Positions 13,730-22,975 of a stretch of 64,000 nt of DNA are shown piece by piece; the first letter of the stretch is position 1, and each line of letters opens with the position of its first letter. A program made the translations under genes and the position numbers. Location: NCBI GenBank assembly GCA_024346625.1, contig AP024664.1:3100001-3164000 (forward strand), in the 5' to 3' direction. Source of the DNA: Williopsis jadinii (taxonomy: Eukaryota). The notes under the pieces are model-generated. The model was not told the DNA's origin and did no database searches. It saw nothing but the letters and a program-made list of their open reading frames with translations.

Positions 13730-13938
13730 CTAGTTGTTAGTAACCATTATCAGCGTCAGTGTACTTCCAGTAGCAGGGCCACCTTGGAGTACCACGAGAC
13801 ATATATCCATTATGTCTGGCTCCTCTTCGCTACCTTCCTCCCTTGGCCCTCTCCCTGCCTGCCTGCCTCCTCCATGAGTATTCCCCATTGCCATAGAAAG
13901 AAAGTGCTGTGACGAGCCAAAGACCCTATGGTACTCAC
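13730..13938 (-). other. Predicted 209-nt spliceosomal intron in the MDM38 5' UTR
   Basis: GTGAGT donor at 13938, perfect TACTAAC at 13742-13736, TAG acceptor ending at 13730, 47 nt before the ATG. An in-frame TGA between acceptor and ATG means it is UTR. Confidence 0.75.
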
Positions 13939-14441
13939 TGATTGAACCTTCTGAGCAGTTTGAACCCCGTGGCGTATGAAATCGGTGTGCTGGAGAAGGT
14001 CTGATGAGGCCCTTTCTCGACGTCAAATTGTACAGAGGCGAGGGAAGAGAGGCCAGAGGGAAAAGCGTCCGCCGGGGCCAAACCCGCAGAGGGAGACAAA
14101 GAGGGCCCCGCGCCCGCGGGCAAGGAGATTTTCTGCTTGTTCTGCCTGGGGGCGGGCGGCTCTGGGCCCGCAGCGGAAAGAGCGATGGTCCCCGGTGTCC
14201 GGGTGTGCTCATGACGGATTTCGCAAATGCTTTAATTTCGTTGCTCTTTCGTTGCAATTTGCGCAAGCAAATTGCCCGATTGGACACTTTGCGCAAATAT
14301 GTGTGCCCCTACCGCATAAACAACCTCTCCGGAGCTGTGTGGCTATATACGCTGCATTGTGTTGTGTATTTGTTGTTTAATGGACCATTCCAACAAGTAA
14401 TCCGTGGGTTGTTGAACGGTTGATCGTCTCTATTTACTGCA

Positions 14442-15282
14442 ATGGATCCACTAAGCCCGCTGCCCGGGTCGTTTCCGCAAGCTTCCACGTCACATACCGC
14501 ATTTCCCATGGAGATATCACCAGAATCAGTAGCAGTACGCAAGTCTCTACAGACAAGGAGAGAGTTGTTCAAAAGGGATCTATTGACTAAGCTGTCGATA
14601 CTGAGCGCTGTGTATATAGGCATCATCTATCTGTACGACTGCAGCTTACTCATGCTTATCGTCCACGCGATCATCCACATGGTGAGTATCATTCCACCCG
14701 GCTCCCCCTTGAAATGACACAACGTGATATACTGACCATACCTCATAGCACTTGACAACGCCGTATAACATGGACGAGTTGCCGGTTTCCAAGGAGGTGC
14801 TGAAGGTGAGCACGCTCCACGGGATCATAATAACTAACGTGTGCTGTGCGCTGCTGCACTTCCTGAGAGACATTCCAGTGCCAGATAGTAGTGGCTACAT
14901 CTATGGACACCACACGGTTGAAGTCATTGGCGAGCAGCAGATCGAGTCCAAATCTCTGCTATATGTCCTGGACCTTGTCATCTTTGGGATACAGTCGTTT
15001 ATCTACTCAGCAAGGTTCTACTCGAGGACATTGCACATAGATGCTGAAACTGTCGTGGAACAGTACGATGGCTCACAGGGGAACTGCACAGCAGCAAGAA
15101 TCGACTACACAAGTGCACTGCTACCGCAGTGGATCACTCTGGCCGAGTTGCTACGGAATGACTCCAACGATGCCCAGAGGTTGCAACGGTTCAGAAGCTC
15201 AATATTGGACCAGCCTTCCTTACTTGATGACAGCGATGAGGCCTCGAGAAGACAGTACGGCTCCATGGATCACACCGAGTGA
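14442..15282 (+). CDS. DUF1746 / Dsc4-like subunit of the Dsc/Tul1 E3 ligase complex, 2 exons (14442-14681, 14749-15282), 257 aa
   Basis: Intron 14682-14748 (GTGAGT..TACTGAC..TAG) joins two ORF-track fragments in frame. YLYDCS, NVCCALLH, GYIYG..VEVIGEQ and LDLVIFGIQ resemble DUF1746. Confidence 0.75.
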
Positions 15283-15392
15283 CCACAACACCCTTCTAAT
15301 GTTAATAGACAACTACGACTTAATGATATATCAAAACTTCCGCAACTGCCCGTATAATACCGGTGGTGTTTGCGCTCCGTGTATAAGGCAAG

Positions 15393-15424
15393 ACGCGTAA
15401 ACAGGAACGCGAAAACTGACGCGT
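15393..15424. promoter_or_regulatory. MCB cluster (ACGCGT x2, ACGCGAAA) upstream of DUT1
   Basis: ACGCGT at 15393 and 15419, ACGCGAAA at 15407; typical of G1/S DNA-synthesis genes. Confidence 0.75.
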
Positions 15425-15597
15425 ACGCTCAGGCAAGAACGCCGTAGCCAGCGAGAGCCCAAGATGGGCGAAAAAGCGGGAAACACGTCCAGTTATTCTG
15501 CCATACAACCGCTCGGAATTGAATGGCCATACGTTGTTATTCACAAAGTACTCTGACATTCACGAGACTTATGACACAAGAGCTAAAGAAGCAGAAG

Positions 15598-16032
15598 ATG
15601 AGCCAAGTCCTGAAGATCTACAAGCGTTCGGAGAATGCCACTACACCAACAAAGGGCTCAGCGCTCGCTGCCGGGTACGACCTCTACTCTTCAGAGAAGT
15701 CGTTGGTGCCAGCAAGAGGCCAGGCCATGGTGGCGACTGACATCTCTGTGATTGTTCCTGTGGGGACATACGGTCGTGTTGCACCACGCTCTGGACTCGC
15801 GGTGAAGCATGGTATCTCAACAGGTGCCGGTGTTGTTGATGCTGATTACAGAGGCGAGGTCAAAGTGGTGTTGTTCAACCACTCTGAGAAGGACTTCGAG
15901 ATCAACAAAGGTGACAGAATAGCCCAATTGGTTCTGGAGCAGATTGTCAACGCAGATATCGAGGAGATCACGGAGGCTGAGCTGGATACTACAGAGCGTG
16001 GAGCTGGTGGCTTCGGTTCCACTGGTAAATAG
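15598..16032 (+). CDS. DUT1: dUTP pyrophosphatase (additional in-frame ATGs at 15523 and 15571)
   Basis: All five dUTPase motifs: [45 protein letters not shown]. Confidence 0.97.
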   Translation: MSQVLKIYKRSENATTPTKGSALAAGYDLYSSEKSLVPARGQAMVATDISVIVPVGTYGRVAPRSGLAVKHGISTGAGVVDADYRGEVKVVLFNHSEKDFEINKGDRIAQLVLEQIVNADIEEITEAELDTTERGAGGFGSTGK

Positions 16033-16084
16033 AGTAAGAAGAACAGTAATAGAAACTCCTTCAGGTTACGTACAAACAGTAGAC

Positions 16085-18229
16085 TTATTTCTTAGCACCG
16101 TACTTGTTGACAACCTTTCCGTCTGGGATGGTGAAGAAAGTGTACTTTCCATCTTCGATCTTGTCCAATCTGAAGTAACCCTTTCTCTCAAACTGGATAA
16201 TGTCACCAACCTTCATGTTCTTGATGTTCAAATCACCAAGAGCAGCAGTGTGGAACTCGGTCTCTGGGGTGATGAAGTCTTCGAAATCGTCACCTTCTTC
16301 CAACTTGTCCTTGGTGATCAGGAGATCAAAGTCAACGAGGTCAACATCAACCTTCTCCGGAGTATCAGCCAACCAAGTCACCTTGTGCTTGGTCTTTCTG
16401 AAATCACCCTCCAGGTGAAGCTTGGCCTCGATGGAGGTGACATTGTCACCTTCCTTGTTGAGCTTGGTGACGATAATGTTACCCCAGTCCATCAAGGTGA
16501 GCTCTTCGCCATCCTCCAGGGAGTTGGCATCGTCCTGGTCAATCAAAACCTGGTTGTAGAAGATAACGTCCTTTTCACCGACATCTGGGTTCTTCTTGTG
16601 CTTTGGCTTCTTCTCAACAACAGGCTCAGATGGCGCACCTTCGATGTGGACCTTGACTGGGCTGACGATTGCAGTGTGACGTGGTGCAATTGGGTCAATA
16701 ACCTTCTTGTTCATGGCCCAGATGATGGACCATTCCAAGTTGATGACGTTTCTTGAAGGACCTTGAGAGATGACAAAGTTGTTCAGACCTTCAACAGTCA
16801 TACCACGTCTTCTGACACCTCTGACGGTAGGGAATCTTGGATCATCCCAGTTGGAGACGTAGCCCTTGTCAACAAACCACTGCAGTTTACGCTTAGACAG
16901 CAGTGTTCTGACAAAGTTGACTCTGGCAAAGTCCCAGATGTGCACCTTTCTCAGCTTCAATGCCTCCAAGAACCAGTCGTACTGTGGGTTTCTGTCCCTA
17001 TACTCAATGGTACGCAAGGCATGGGTAACACCCTCCAAGGAGTCGACGACTGGCACACAGAAGTCATATGTTGGGTACATCTTCCACTCTGACCCACTTC
17101 TATGATGTGGAGTCAAGTTACATCTGTAGATAACAGGGTCACGGAGGGCCTTGTTAGGGTTGTCGACAGAGATCTTTGCACGAATACAGTTCTTCAACCC
17201 TTCCTCGGTACCGTTCTTCATCTCCTGGGTGAAGATTCTCAAGTTCTCCTCGACTGAGCGATCACGTCTCTCGGAGGCGATACCGTCCATTCTCTCCTGT
17301 CTCATCTTCTCCTGGACGGTGTCGTCTGCGTAGGCCTTGCCTTCCTTGATCAATTGGACAGCAAGGTCGTACATCTCCTGGAAGTAGTCAGAGGAGTACG
17401 TCAGCTTATCACCCTTGATACCCAGCAACTTCAAGTCCTCGATGATGGAGTCCTGGAACTCAACCTTCTCCTTCGAAGGGTTGGTGTCGTCGAATCTGAT
17501 GATCAGCTTACCCTTGTACTGGTCCGCAAAGTACTTGTTCAAGATAGCAGCCTTTGCGTGGCCAATGTGCAGGTACCCAGATGGCTCTGGTGGGAAACGG
17601 GTCACCACCTGGCCTTCCTTAGCATCTGGAAGGTCGATGTCGAAGTTGGCCTTGTGAGACTCCTTCTTACCATCGGCCTTGACCTTGGACTTCTTCTTCA
17701 ACTCCGCAACGGCCTTCGCCATCAGCTCAACCATGCCTCCGAATCTCTTGTCCTGCTCCAAAAACTGGTACCATCTGGTCACGTTCGTGTAGACGGTGTT
17801 CTTGATGATGGAACCAACCATACCGTTGGATCTCAGCGCACCCCAGACCGCAATATCGGCAACAGAGACGGAGTATCCTACGATGAAGGAGCGCAGGTTC
17901 AGGTGAGCATCCAGCTTCTCCAGTGAGACCGCCAGCTTCTTGAAATCCTTCACAACGAGCTCGCTGGAGGCCACCTGGACCCACTCAGCAGACTGGCCAG
18001 CGCCAACAAGCACCTCAGGGAACTCGCTGGCCAGCTTCTCAACAACAGCACCGTCCTTCACGGTCTCGGTGCCGGCCTTGAGCACAACAGAGGCCCCGTC
18101 AACGGCCTTCTCATCGACAAAGTCCACCGTGATGGAGCTGTCGGTCTCAGAGTTGACGAAGGCAGCGGCTGTGAGTGCGTCGTACGCAACCACAGGGGCC
18201 TTGGCAGCAATTGTAAGCGAATAAGACAT
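16085..18229 (-). CDS. GUS1: Cytosolic glutamyl-tRNA synthetase
   Basis: GST-like N-domain, TRFPPEPSGYLHIGH, LSKRKL. Start placed at MSYSLT (18229). Confidence 0.97.
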   Translation of the reverse strand: MSYSLTIAAKAPVVAYDALTAAAFVNSETDSSITVDFVDEKAVDGASVVLKAGTETVKDGAVVEKLASEFPEVLVGAGQSAEWVQVASSELVVKDFKKLAVSLEKLDAHLNLRSFIVGYSVSVADIAVWGALRSNGMVGSIIKNTVYTNVTRWYQFLEQDKRFGGMVELMAKAVAELKKKSKVKADGKKESHKANFDIDLPDAKEGQVVTRFPPEPSGYLHIGHAKAAILNKYFADQYKGKLIIRFDDTNPSKEKVEFQDSIIEDLKLLGIKGDKLTYSSDYFQEMYDLAVQLIKEGKAYADDTVQEKMRQERMDGIASERRDRSVEENLRIFTQEMKNGTEEGLKNCIRAKISVDNPNKALRDPVIYRCNLTPHHRSGSEWKMYPTYDFCVPVVDSLEGVTHALRTIEYRDRNPQYDWFLEALKLRKVHIWDFARVNFVRTLLSKRKLQWFVDKGYVSNWDDPRFPTVRGVRRRGMTVEGLNNFVISQGPSRNVINLEWSIIWAMNKKVIDPIAPRHTAIVSPVKVHIEGAPSEPVVEKKPKHKKNPDVGEKDVIFYNQVLIDQDDANSLEDGEELTLMDWGNIIVTKLNKEGDNVTSIEAKLHLEGDFRKTKHKVTWLADTPEKVDVDLVDFDLLITKDKLEEGDDFEDFITPETEFHTAALGDLNIKNMKVGDIIQFERKGYFRLDKIEDGKYTFFTIPDGKVVNKYGAKK

Positions 18230-18380
18230 GTTTGCTATGCTTTTCTCTCTGTAGAAGGGGATGATGAGCCTGCGTCGTTGGACGTTGGGCTGTTTTTTTT
18301 TCACACTCCCTGCCTGGCCCGCCTGGCGGTGAAGTTTTTTCTCTCTGTGCACGGAGAACTGGGCATCACCGGTAGGAGGA

Positions 18381-18440
18381 GGCCAGCGGGAGCCAGAAAG
18401 AGCCAGAAAGAGCCAGTGAGAGCCAGAAAGAGCCAGAAAG
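18381..18440. repeat. 10-bp tandem repeat (AGCCAGAAAG) x5-6 in the GUS1/RAI1 divergent promoter
   Basis: ggccagcggg agccagaaag agccagaaag agccagtgag agccagaaag agccagaaag read directly. Confidence 0.9.
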
Positions 18441-18467
18441 ACAACAAACAACGCCACCACAACAACG

Positions 18468-19595
18468 ATGTCCGGCGTGAAGCTCTTCCCACTGAACAGC
18501 AGAGCTGACACCACAGCACTGAGACAGCCGAAGGAGCTGTACTGCTTTTCCCGGACGTTTGACGGTGAATATGTCAATGGCGATGTATGCCTCAGCTACT
18601 ACTTTCTTCCCGATTCTGATGTTGACACCAACATCGACCTGGGAGCCGGGTTTGGCAAGTTCAAGAAGATGGACGACGATAAGGATGGCGTGTTTGATGG
18701 GTTCATCGGCGGGCTGGAGGACTACGAGCGCCGGACGGGCTCCAAGGTGAAGGCTGATATCATCACGTTCAGAGGGATCATGACGCAGCTGCTGATCCTG
18801 CCGTATGAGCAGAGAAACCACATCGACCTGAACGTGATATACTTCGACGGCCATATCTTCATCCAGCAGGATAAGAAGGCGAAGAAGCTGCACGAGCGTG
18901 CACCTTCAGTGGAACAGCAGAGGCTGATGTACTCGGGCTACAAGTTCGAGTCCGTGGCGACCGTGCGGAAGCCATTGAACGAGGTGTCCAGGGCGACGAT
19001 TGAGAAGAGAAGCAAGAAGATCGTCAACAACGTTGAGCAGTACTGCTCCGTGGTGAGAACAGGCATTGGAAAGACCAGAATCGTGCTGGGAGGCGAGGTT
19101 GACTGTGTGTGGGACTATAAGCCTGTGGACTCGAACCCACTGCCGCACTATGTCGAGCTGAAGACGTCTTCACAGATCTCTGAGCCTGGCCAGAGTGTCA
19201 CATTCGAGAAGAAGCTGTTCAAGACATGGGCACAGTGCTTCCTATTGGGCATAACAAGAGTTATCTATGGCTTCAGAGATCAAAACCTGACGCTGAGGGC
19301 CGTGGAGGAGTACAAGACTGAGGAGATCCCCGTGCTGTTGAAATCGAACCCTGTGAATACCAACCCGAGAAAGATCAACTGTGTCGATGCTCTGAAGTGG
19401 TATGGAGCTCTTGTCGAGTGTATCAAAGCTGAGATTCCACGTGATGAGTCCAAGTCGTGGAGACTGACGTTCGATCCACAGAACAAGACACTCTCACTGT
19501 ATGAGCTGCCACCTGATATCTCAGCTGAGGTGTTGAGCACTTTACTGCCAGAGAGCTTCAAACAGTGGAGACTACAGAGCAGATCGAGTTCATAG
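18468..19595 (+). CDS. RAI1: Decapping/pyrophosphohydrolase, Rat1 partner
   Basis: ADIITFRGIM, GYKFE, GEVDC, YVELKTS and WAQCFLLG DXO/Rai1 motifs; divergent from GUS1 as in S. cerevisiae. Confidence 0.95.
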   Translation: MSGVKLFPLNSRADTTALRQPKELYCFSRTFDGEYVNGDVCLSYYFLPDSDVDTNIDLGAGFGKFKKMDDDKDGVFDGFIGGLEDYERRTGSKVKADIITFRGIMTQLLILPYEQRNHIDLNVIYFDGHIFIQQDKKAKKLHERAPSVEQQRLMYSGYKFESVATVRKPLNEVSRATIEKRSKKIVNNVEQYCSVVRTGIGKTRIVLGGEVDCVWDYKPVDSNPLPHYVELKTSSQISEPGQSVTFEKKLFKTWAQCFLLGITRVIYGFRDQNLTLRAVEEYKTEEIPVLLKSNPVNTNPRKINCVDALKWYGALVECIKAEIPRDESKSWRLTFDPQNKTLSLYELPPDISAEVLSTLLPESFKQWRLQSRSSS

Positions 19596-19637
19596 GATAG
19601 ATTGAATATATATCATCTTGTACGATTCTAGAAAACA

Positions 19638-20555
19638 TCATGGCTCTGGCCAGAATGGTTTGAAGCCTTGTACACGGCCATTCTTGTTGCCAACATCGGT
19701 GATTCTCTTGACGTCTTCATCCTCAAGCTCAAAGGTGAAGATGTCTAGGGAGTCTCTGAGACGTTGCGCCTTTGACGAGGTTGTCAATGGCAGAATGCCC
19801 TGCTGGTAAACCCATCTCAACAGAATCTGATTCTCATCTTTGCCATACTTAGCAGCCAACTCTGGCAAGATGTCGTCCAATAGACCAGGTCTACCCTTTG
19901 TGATAGGTGCCAATGGCGAGTAGGCCTCGATAAGAATGTCGTTCTTCTTACAGTAGTCAACAATGCCTGGGGTTGGCTCTTGTAAGTAGGCATGGAATTC
20001 AATCTGGTTCACCATTGGCTTGACAGTGGCAACCTTGTTGACTCTCTCGAGCCAACCAACAGAGAAGTTGGAGACACCAATCTGCTTAACTGTACCATTT
20101 CTGTACAGCTCCTCCAATTCTAACCAGGCATTCTCAGTGGATATCTCTCCTTCATTGGCTTGAGGACTGTGCAGCAGATACAGGTCAATGTACTCCAATT
20201 GTAGCTCCTTCAAGGTCTTTGCAATAGATTCCTTTGGACCCTTGGACTTGGTCGACTTGAAAACACCAGGGCTCCATTTGTCGGTGATGAAGAGCTCCCC
20301 TCTGGCAATGCCTGACGCCTTGATACCTTCGCCAACCTCACGATGGGTGAAGTAGGCCTCTGCGACATCGATATGTCTGAAACCAACGTCAATTGCAGTC
20401 TTGACCTGGTCAATGAGCTCAACAATCAGTTCATGACCTTTGTCTTCATCCATCTGGCCCCATTTTTGCAAACGCCATGCTGTGCCTGATCCAAACCCAA
20501 TGGCTGGAACCTGTTTCCCGGTAGCTTTGATTGTGAAGTTTGGCACCTTAACCAT
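19638..20555 (-). CDS. NADPH-dependent aldo-keto reductase (YDL124W / conjugated polyketone reductase-like)
   Basis: PAIGFGSGT, D-Y-K-H tetrad (HIDVAEAY, ITDK, YLLHSP), IGVSNF, NQIEFH, EAYSPL. Confidence 0.9.
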   Translation of the reverse strand: MVKVPNFTIKATGKQVPAIGFGSGTAWRLQKWGQMDEDKGHELIVELIDQVKTAIDVGFRHIDVAEAYFTHREVGEGIKASGIARGELFITDKWSPGVFKSTKSKGPKESIAKTLKELQLEYIDLYLLHSPQANEGEISTENAWLELEELYRNGTVKQIGVSNFSVGWLERVNKVATVKPMVNQIEFHAYLQEPTPGIVDYCKKNDILIEAYSPLAPITKGRPGLLDDILPELAAKYGKDENQILLRWVYQQGILPLTTSSKAQRLRDSLDIFTFELEDEDVKRITDVGNKNGRVQGFKPFWPEP

Positions 20556-20757
20556 CTCTATGTATACCTTGTTGTCTGAGTGATGACCTCTGAGCTACAA
20601 TTGGCCCCCGGAATGGTTTGTATTTATAATCGAAATTCTAACTGTGTATGCGGAGAGTGGAAATCTCCGAAGACGCACATAACCGGTCGGATAAACTACC
20701 TAAAACAGTCAACTACACAGTGAAATCCACAGCTTCTGAGCATCTGTTCGATTGAGC

Positions 20758-22698
20758 CTAGTTGAACAGGTCGTAGTCATCTGTATCGACGACGTGGTGG
20801 GTGTTGTTGATCTTCTTCTTACCTTTTGATGGTGATTTGAGTGGTGATGATCTCGTATTCGAATTCGTGGATTCCCGTAGAGGCTTTAGCGGTGACTTTA
20901 GCGGTGATTTAACCGGTGATGATTTCAGTCCGTCAGTGTCAAATTTGAAGTGATTGTTCTTGATCGATTTCCCAGGTGATTTGTAGTTGTCCTCGAACTT
21001 GAAATGCTTGTTTGGAGATGATTTTATCAGCTTAATTGGGCTTAAGACGAGATCGTGCTCGTTTATCTCGCCGTCGCCACTGAACCTGACTTTCTTTGTA
21101 GACTGATTTTGCTCCAGACCTTCTTCAGAGGGTCTTTTCTTATCGCCTTTGGACAGCTGGACGGTTAATTCGTCGATTCTCTTAGAATTTTGCACATTCT
21201 TCTCCAGCATTTGTCTTTCCCTCTCTTTGTAGTCCTCAATCTGTTTCTCGAGCTCCTTCACCTTCAGCTCCGACAATTCCAGGGATTTGGATTCAGCTTG
21301 AAGCATCTGGGATTGGAGATCGTTCAGTTGTGATTCATAGCTCTCGATCAACTTCTGCTTTTGCAAGTCGTATTCTTCTGATAGCAGTTTAAGCTTCTCA
21401 TCAACATCTCTTTCATGGGTTTCCTTTAGATCATTCATTGCCTTATCGTTGATGATCTCGAGATCTCTGATCTTTTGCTCATAGAGTTCAACAACTTCAC
21501 TTCTAATGTCCATCTCAATCTCCACAGTCTTGTTCTTAACCATTTCAAGCTCATCTGAGAGGGATTTGTTCAACTCTTTTAACTGATGAATCTCTTTAAC
21601 GTACTCCGAATCATCGTTGGTTGTAGATTCCAACGAATTTCTTGCAGAATTGATTTGTACTTTGGAAATTGGTTGAATATATCTAACGGCGTGGATGATA
21701 GTTGACAACGAAGAATATGGATCCAAAGTCAACAAGATCTTTACCCTGTTATGGTTCAAATTTCCAAAAAGGTCTGTCAAGAGTAATCTTGTTAGCTTTG
21801 AAGTTCTCAAATTAGATCTATCGAATCTCTTTGATTTCATCAAGACCAAACATCTGCCCAACTCTGTCAAACTTGTATTTGTATAATTGCCCTCTTTGAA
21901 TTCTTTACCTTCAGTCTTTGCAGTTTTAGACCTTTCAGAGCCAGCCAAGTCTGCAATGGTGAGTCTTGTTGTCTTCAAACATTTCCCAATGACCTTATGA
22001 AGGTTGAAGTAGATAAACAAATGAGATCTGGAGCTGGTTTCGTTCAAATTGGTAGAACTAACTGCTCTTCTCTTGATACACTTATGCAACACCGTTTTGG
22101 CGTCCTCCAGGTTCGTGACATAGATCTGCCTAATCCTGTTTGGTTTGATCTTACCATCTTTCGAATCAGTAACGATGTCCAAAGATTGGTTCTCGGTCTT
22201 CTTGCTATCAAGGGATAGGTCCCTGATACGGTCGTTGTAAATCTCAAAGACTGAGATCGAGAGTCCATATTCACCCTGAGAATCTCTTTGGGAGTTCGAG
22301 GTGATCATGAAGTGTTCCCCAAAGTATCTCTTGAACTGCTTATAGTCTGCAAAGTTACCTCCAATCTTGTTGAAGATCTCATTCAACGAGTAGATGGAAA
22401 GCCCCGGGTTTGAAGCATCACCGTACACAGAGTACGACTTACCAGAGTTCGAGGGTCCGAGCGTGAAGAAGACGCTATCTTTGCCCAGGAACAACTCCTC
22501 CGTGGACTCCTTCAAGATCTGATCGTATAGGTCGAGCTGCGAAATCTCGCTGAACACCTTAGTGAACTTCGTAGCACTTGTTGTGTCCTTGAACTTGACC
22601 TCGTTGTTGTTTTGATACTCAATGAGACACTCCTTTTCTCTATCACCTGGTGTGTCTCCCCGTGGCTTCAACCGAAGAAAGTGTGGTACCGACGTCAT
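20758..22698 (-). CDS. Kinesin motor protein, probably kinesin-6 (Klp9/MKLP-like)
   Basis: P-loop GPSNSGKS, switch I NETSSRSH, switch II DLAGSER, coiled-coil stalk and SP-x-K-rich tail. Subfamily is inferred. Confidence 0.85.
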   Translation of the reverse strand: MTSVPHFLRLKPRGDTPGDREKECLIEYQNNNEVKFKDTTSATKFTKVFSEISQLDLYDQILKESTEELFLGKDSVFFTLGPSNSGKSYSVYGDASNPGLSIYSLNEIFNKIGGNFADYKQFKRYFGEHFMITSNSQRDSQGEYGLSISVFEIYNDRIRDLSLDSKKTENQSLDIVTDSKDGKIKPNRIRQIYVTNLEDAKTVLHKCIKRRAVSSTNLNETSSRSHLFIYFNLHKVIGKCLKTTRLTIADLAGSERSKTAKTEGKEFKEGNYTNTSLTELGRCLVLMKSKRFDRSNLRTSKLTRLLLTDLFGNLNHNRVKILLTLDPYSSLSTIIHAVRYIQPISKVQINSARNSLESTTNDDSEYVKEIHQLKELNKSLSDELEMVKNKTVEIEMDIRSEVVELYEQKIRDLEIINDKAMNDLKETHERDVDEKLKLLSEEYDLQKQKLIESYESQLNDLQSQMLQAESKSLELSELKVKELEKQIEDYKERERQMLEKNVQNSKRIDELTVQLSKGDKKRPSEEGLEQNQSTKKVRFSGDGEINEHDLVLSPIKLIKSSPNKHFKFEDNYKSPGKSIKNNHFKFDTDGLKSSPVKSPLKSPLKPLRESTNSNTRSSPLKSPSKGKKKINNTHHVVDTDDYDLFN

Positions 22699-22781
22699 TC
22701 TTAGCTCTGTCCGTCTCTCTGACTCTCTTTGTTCGTCCGTGTCTCCGTGTTCTTTGGTGTAAAATGGAAGGTTCTGTTTCT

Positions 22782-22848
22782 TTGTTTACAAAATTCTGAC
22801 TATAAACGTCTTCTCGTTTGTTTGTTTATGTTTATCCGTTTAAGGGAA
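22782..22848 (-). promoter_or_regulatory. Putative Mcm1 + forkhead (CLB2-cluster type) element upstream of the kinesin
   Basis: CC-N6-GG box at 22836-22845 immediately followed on the - strand by ATAAACA ATAAACA-like forkhead sites; GTAAACAA at 22782-22789. Confidence 0.55.
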
Positions 22849-22975
22849 TTTTCGCGGAACAAAGCTGGAGGCTTCCATCCGGACATTTCTACTCTGGATG
22901 TTAGCGTTTTGCTCTTCTGTCCACTACGATGTTGGATGAGCTTCTGGTGTTTCTGCTTAGAGACAGGAAGAAAAT

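Noticed and set aside
13730..14423. GC-rich overlapping ORFs between MDM38 and the Dsc4-like gene
   Set aside because: Low-complexity translations of promoter and intron sequence with no homology or codon bias.
18230..18577. ORF-track N-terminal extension of GUS1
   Set aside because: Non-ATG start, overlaps RAI1 and translates the promoter repeat; homology begins at MSYSLT.
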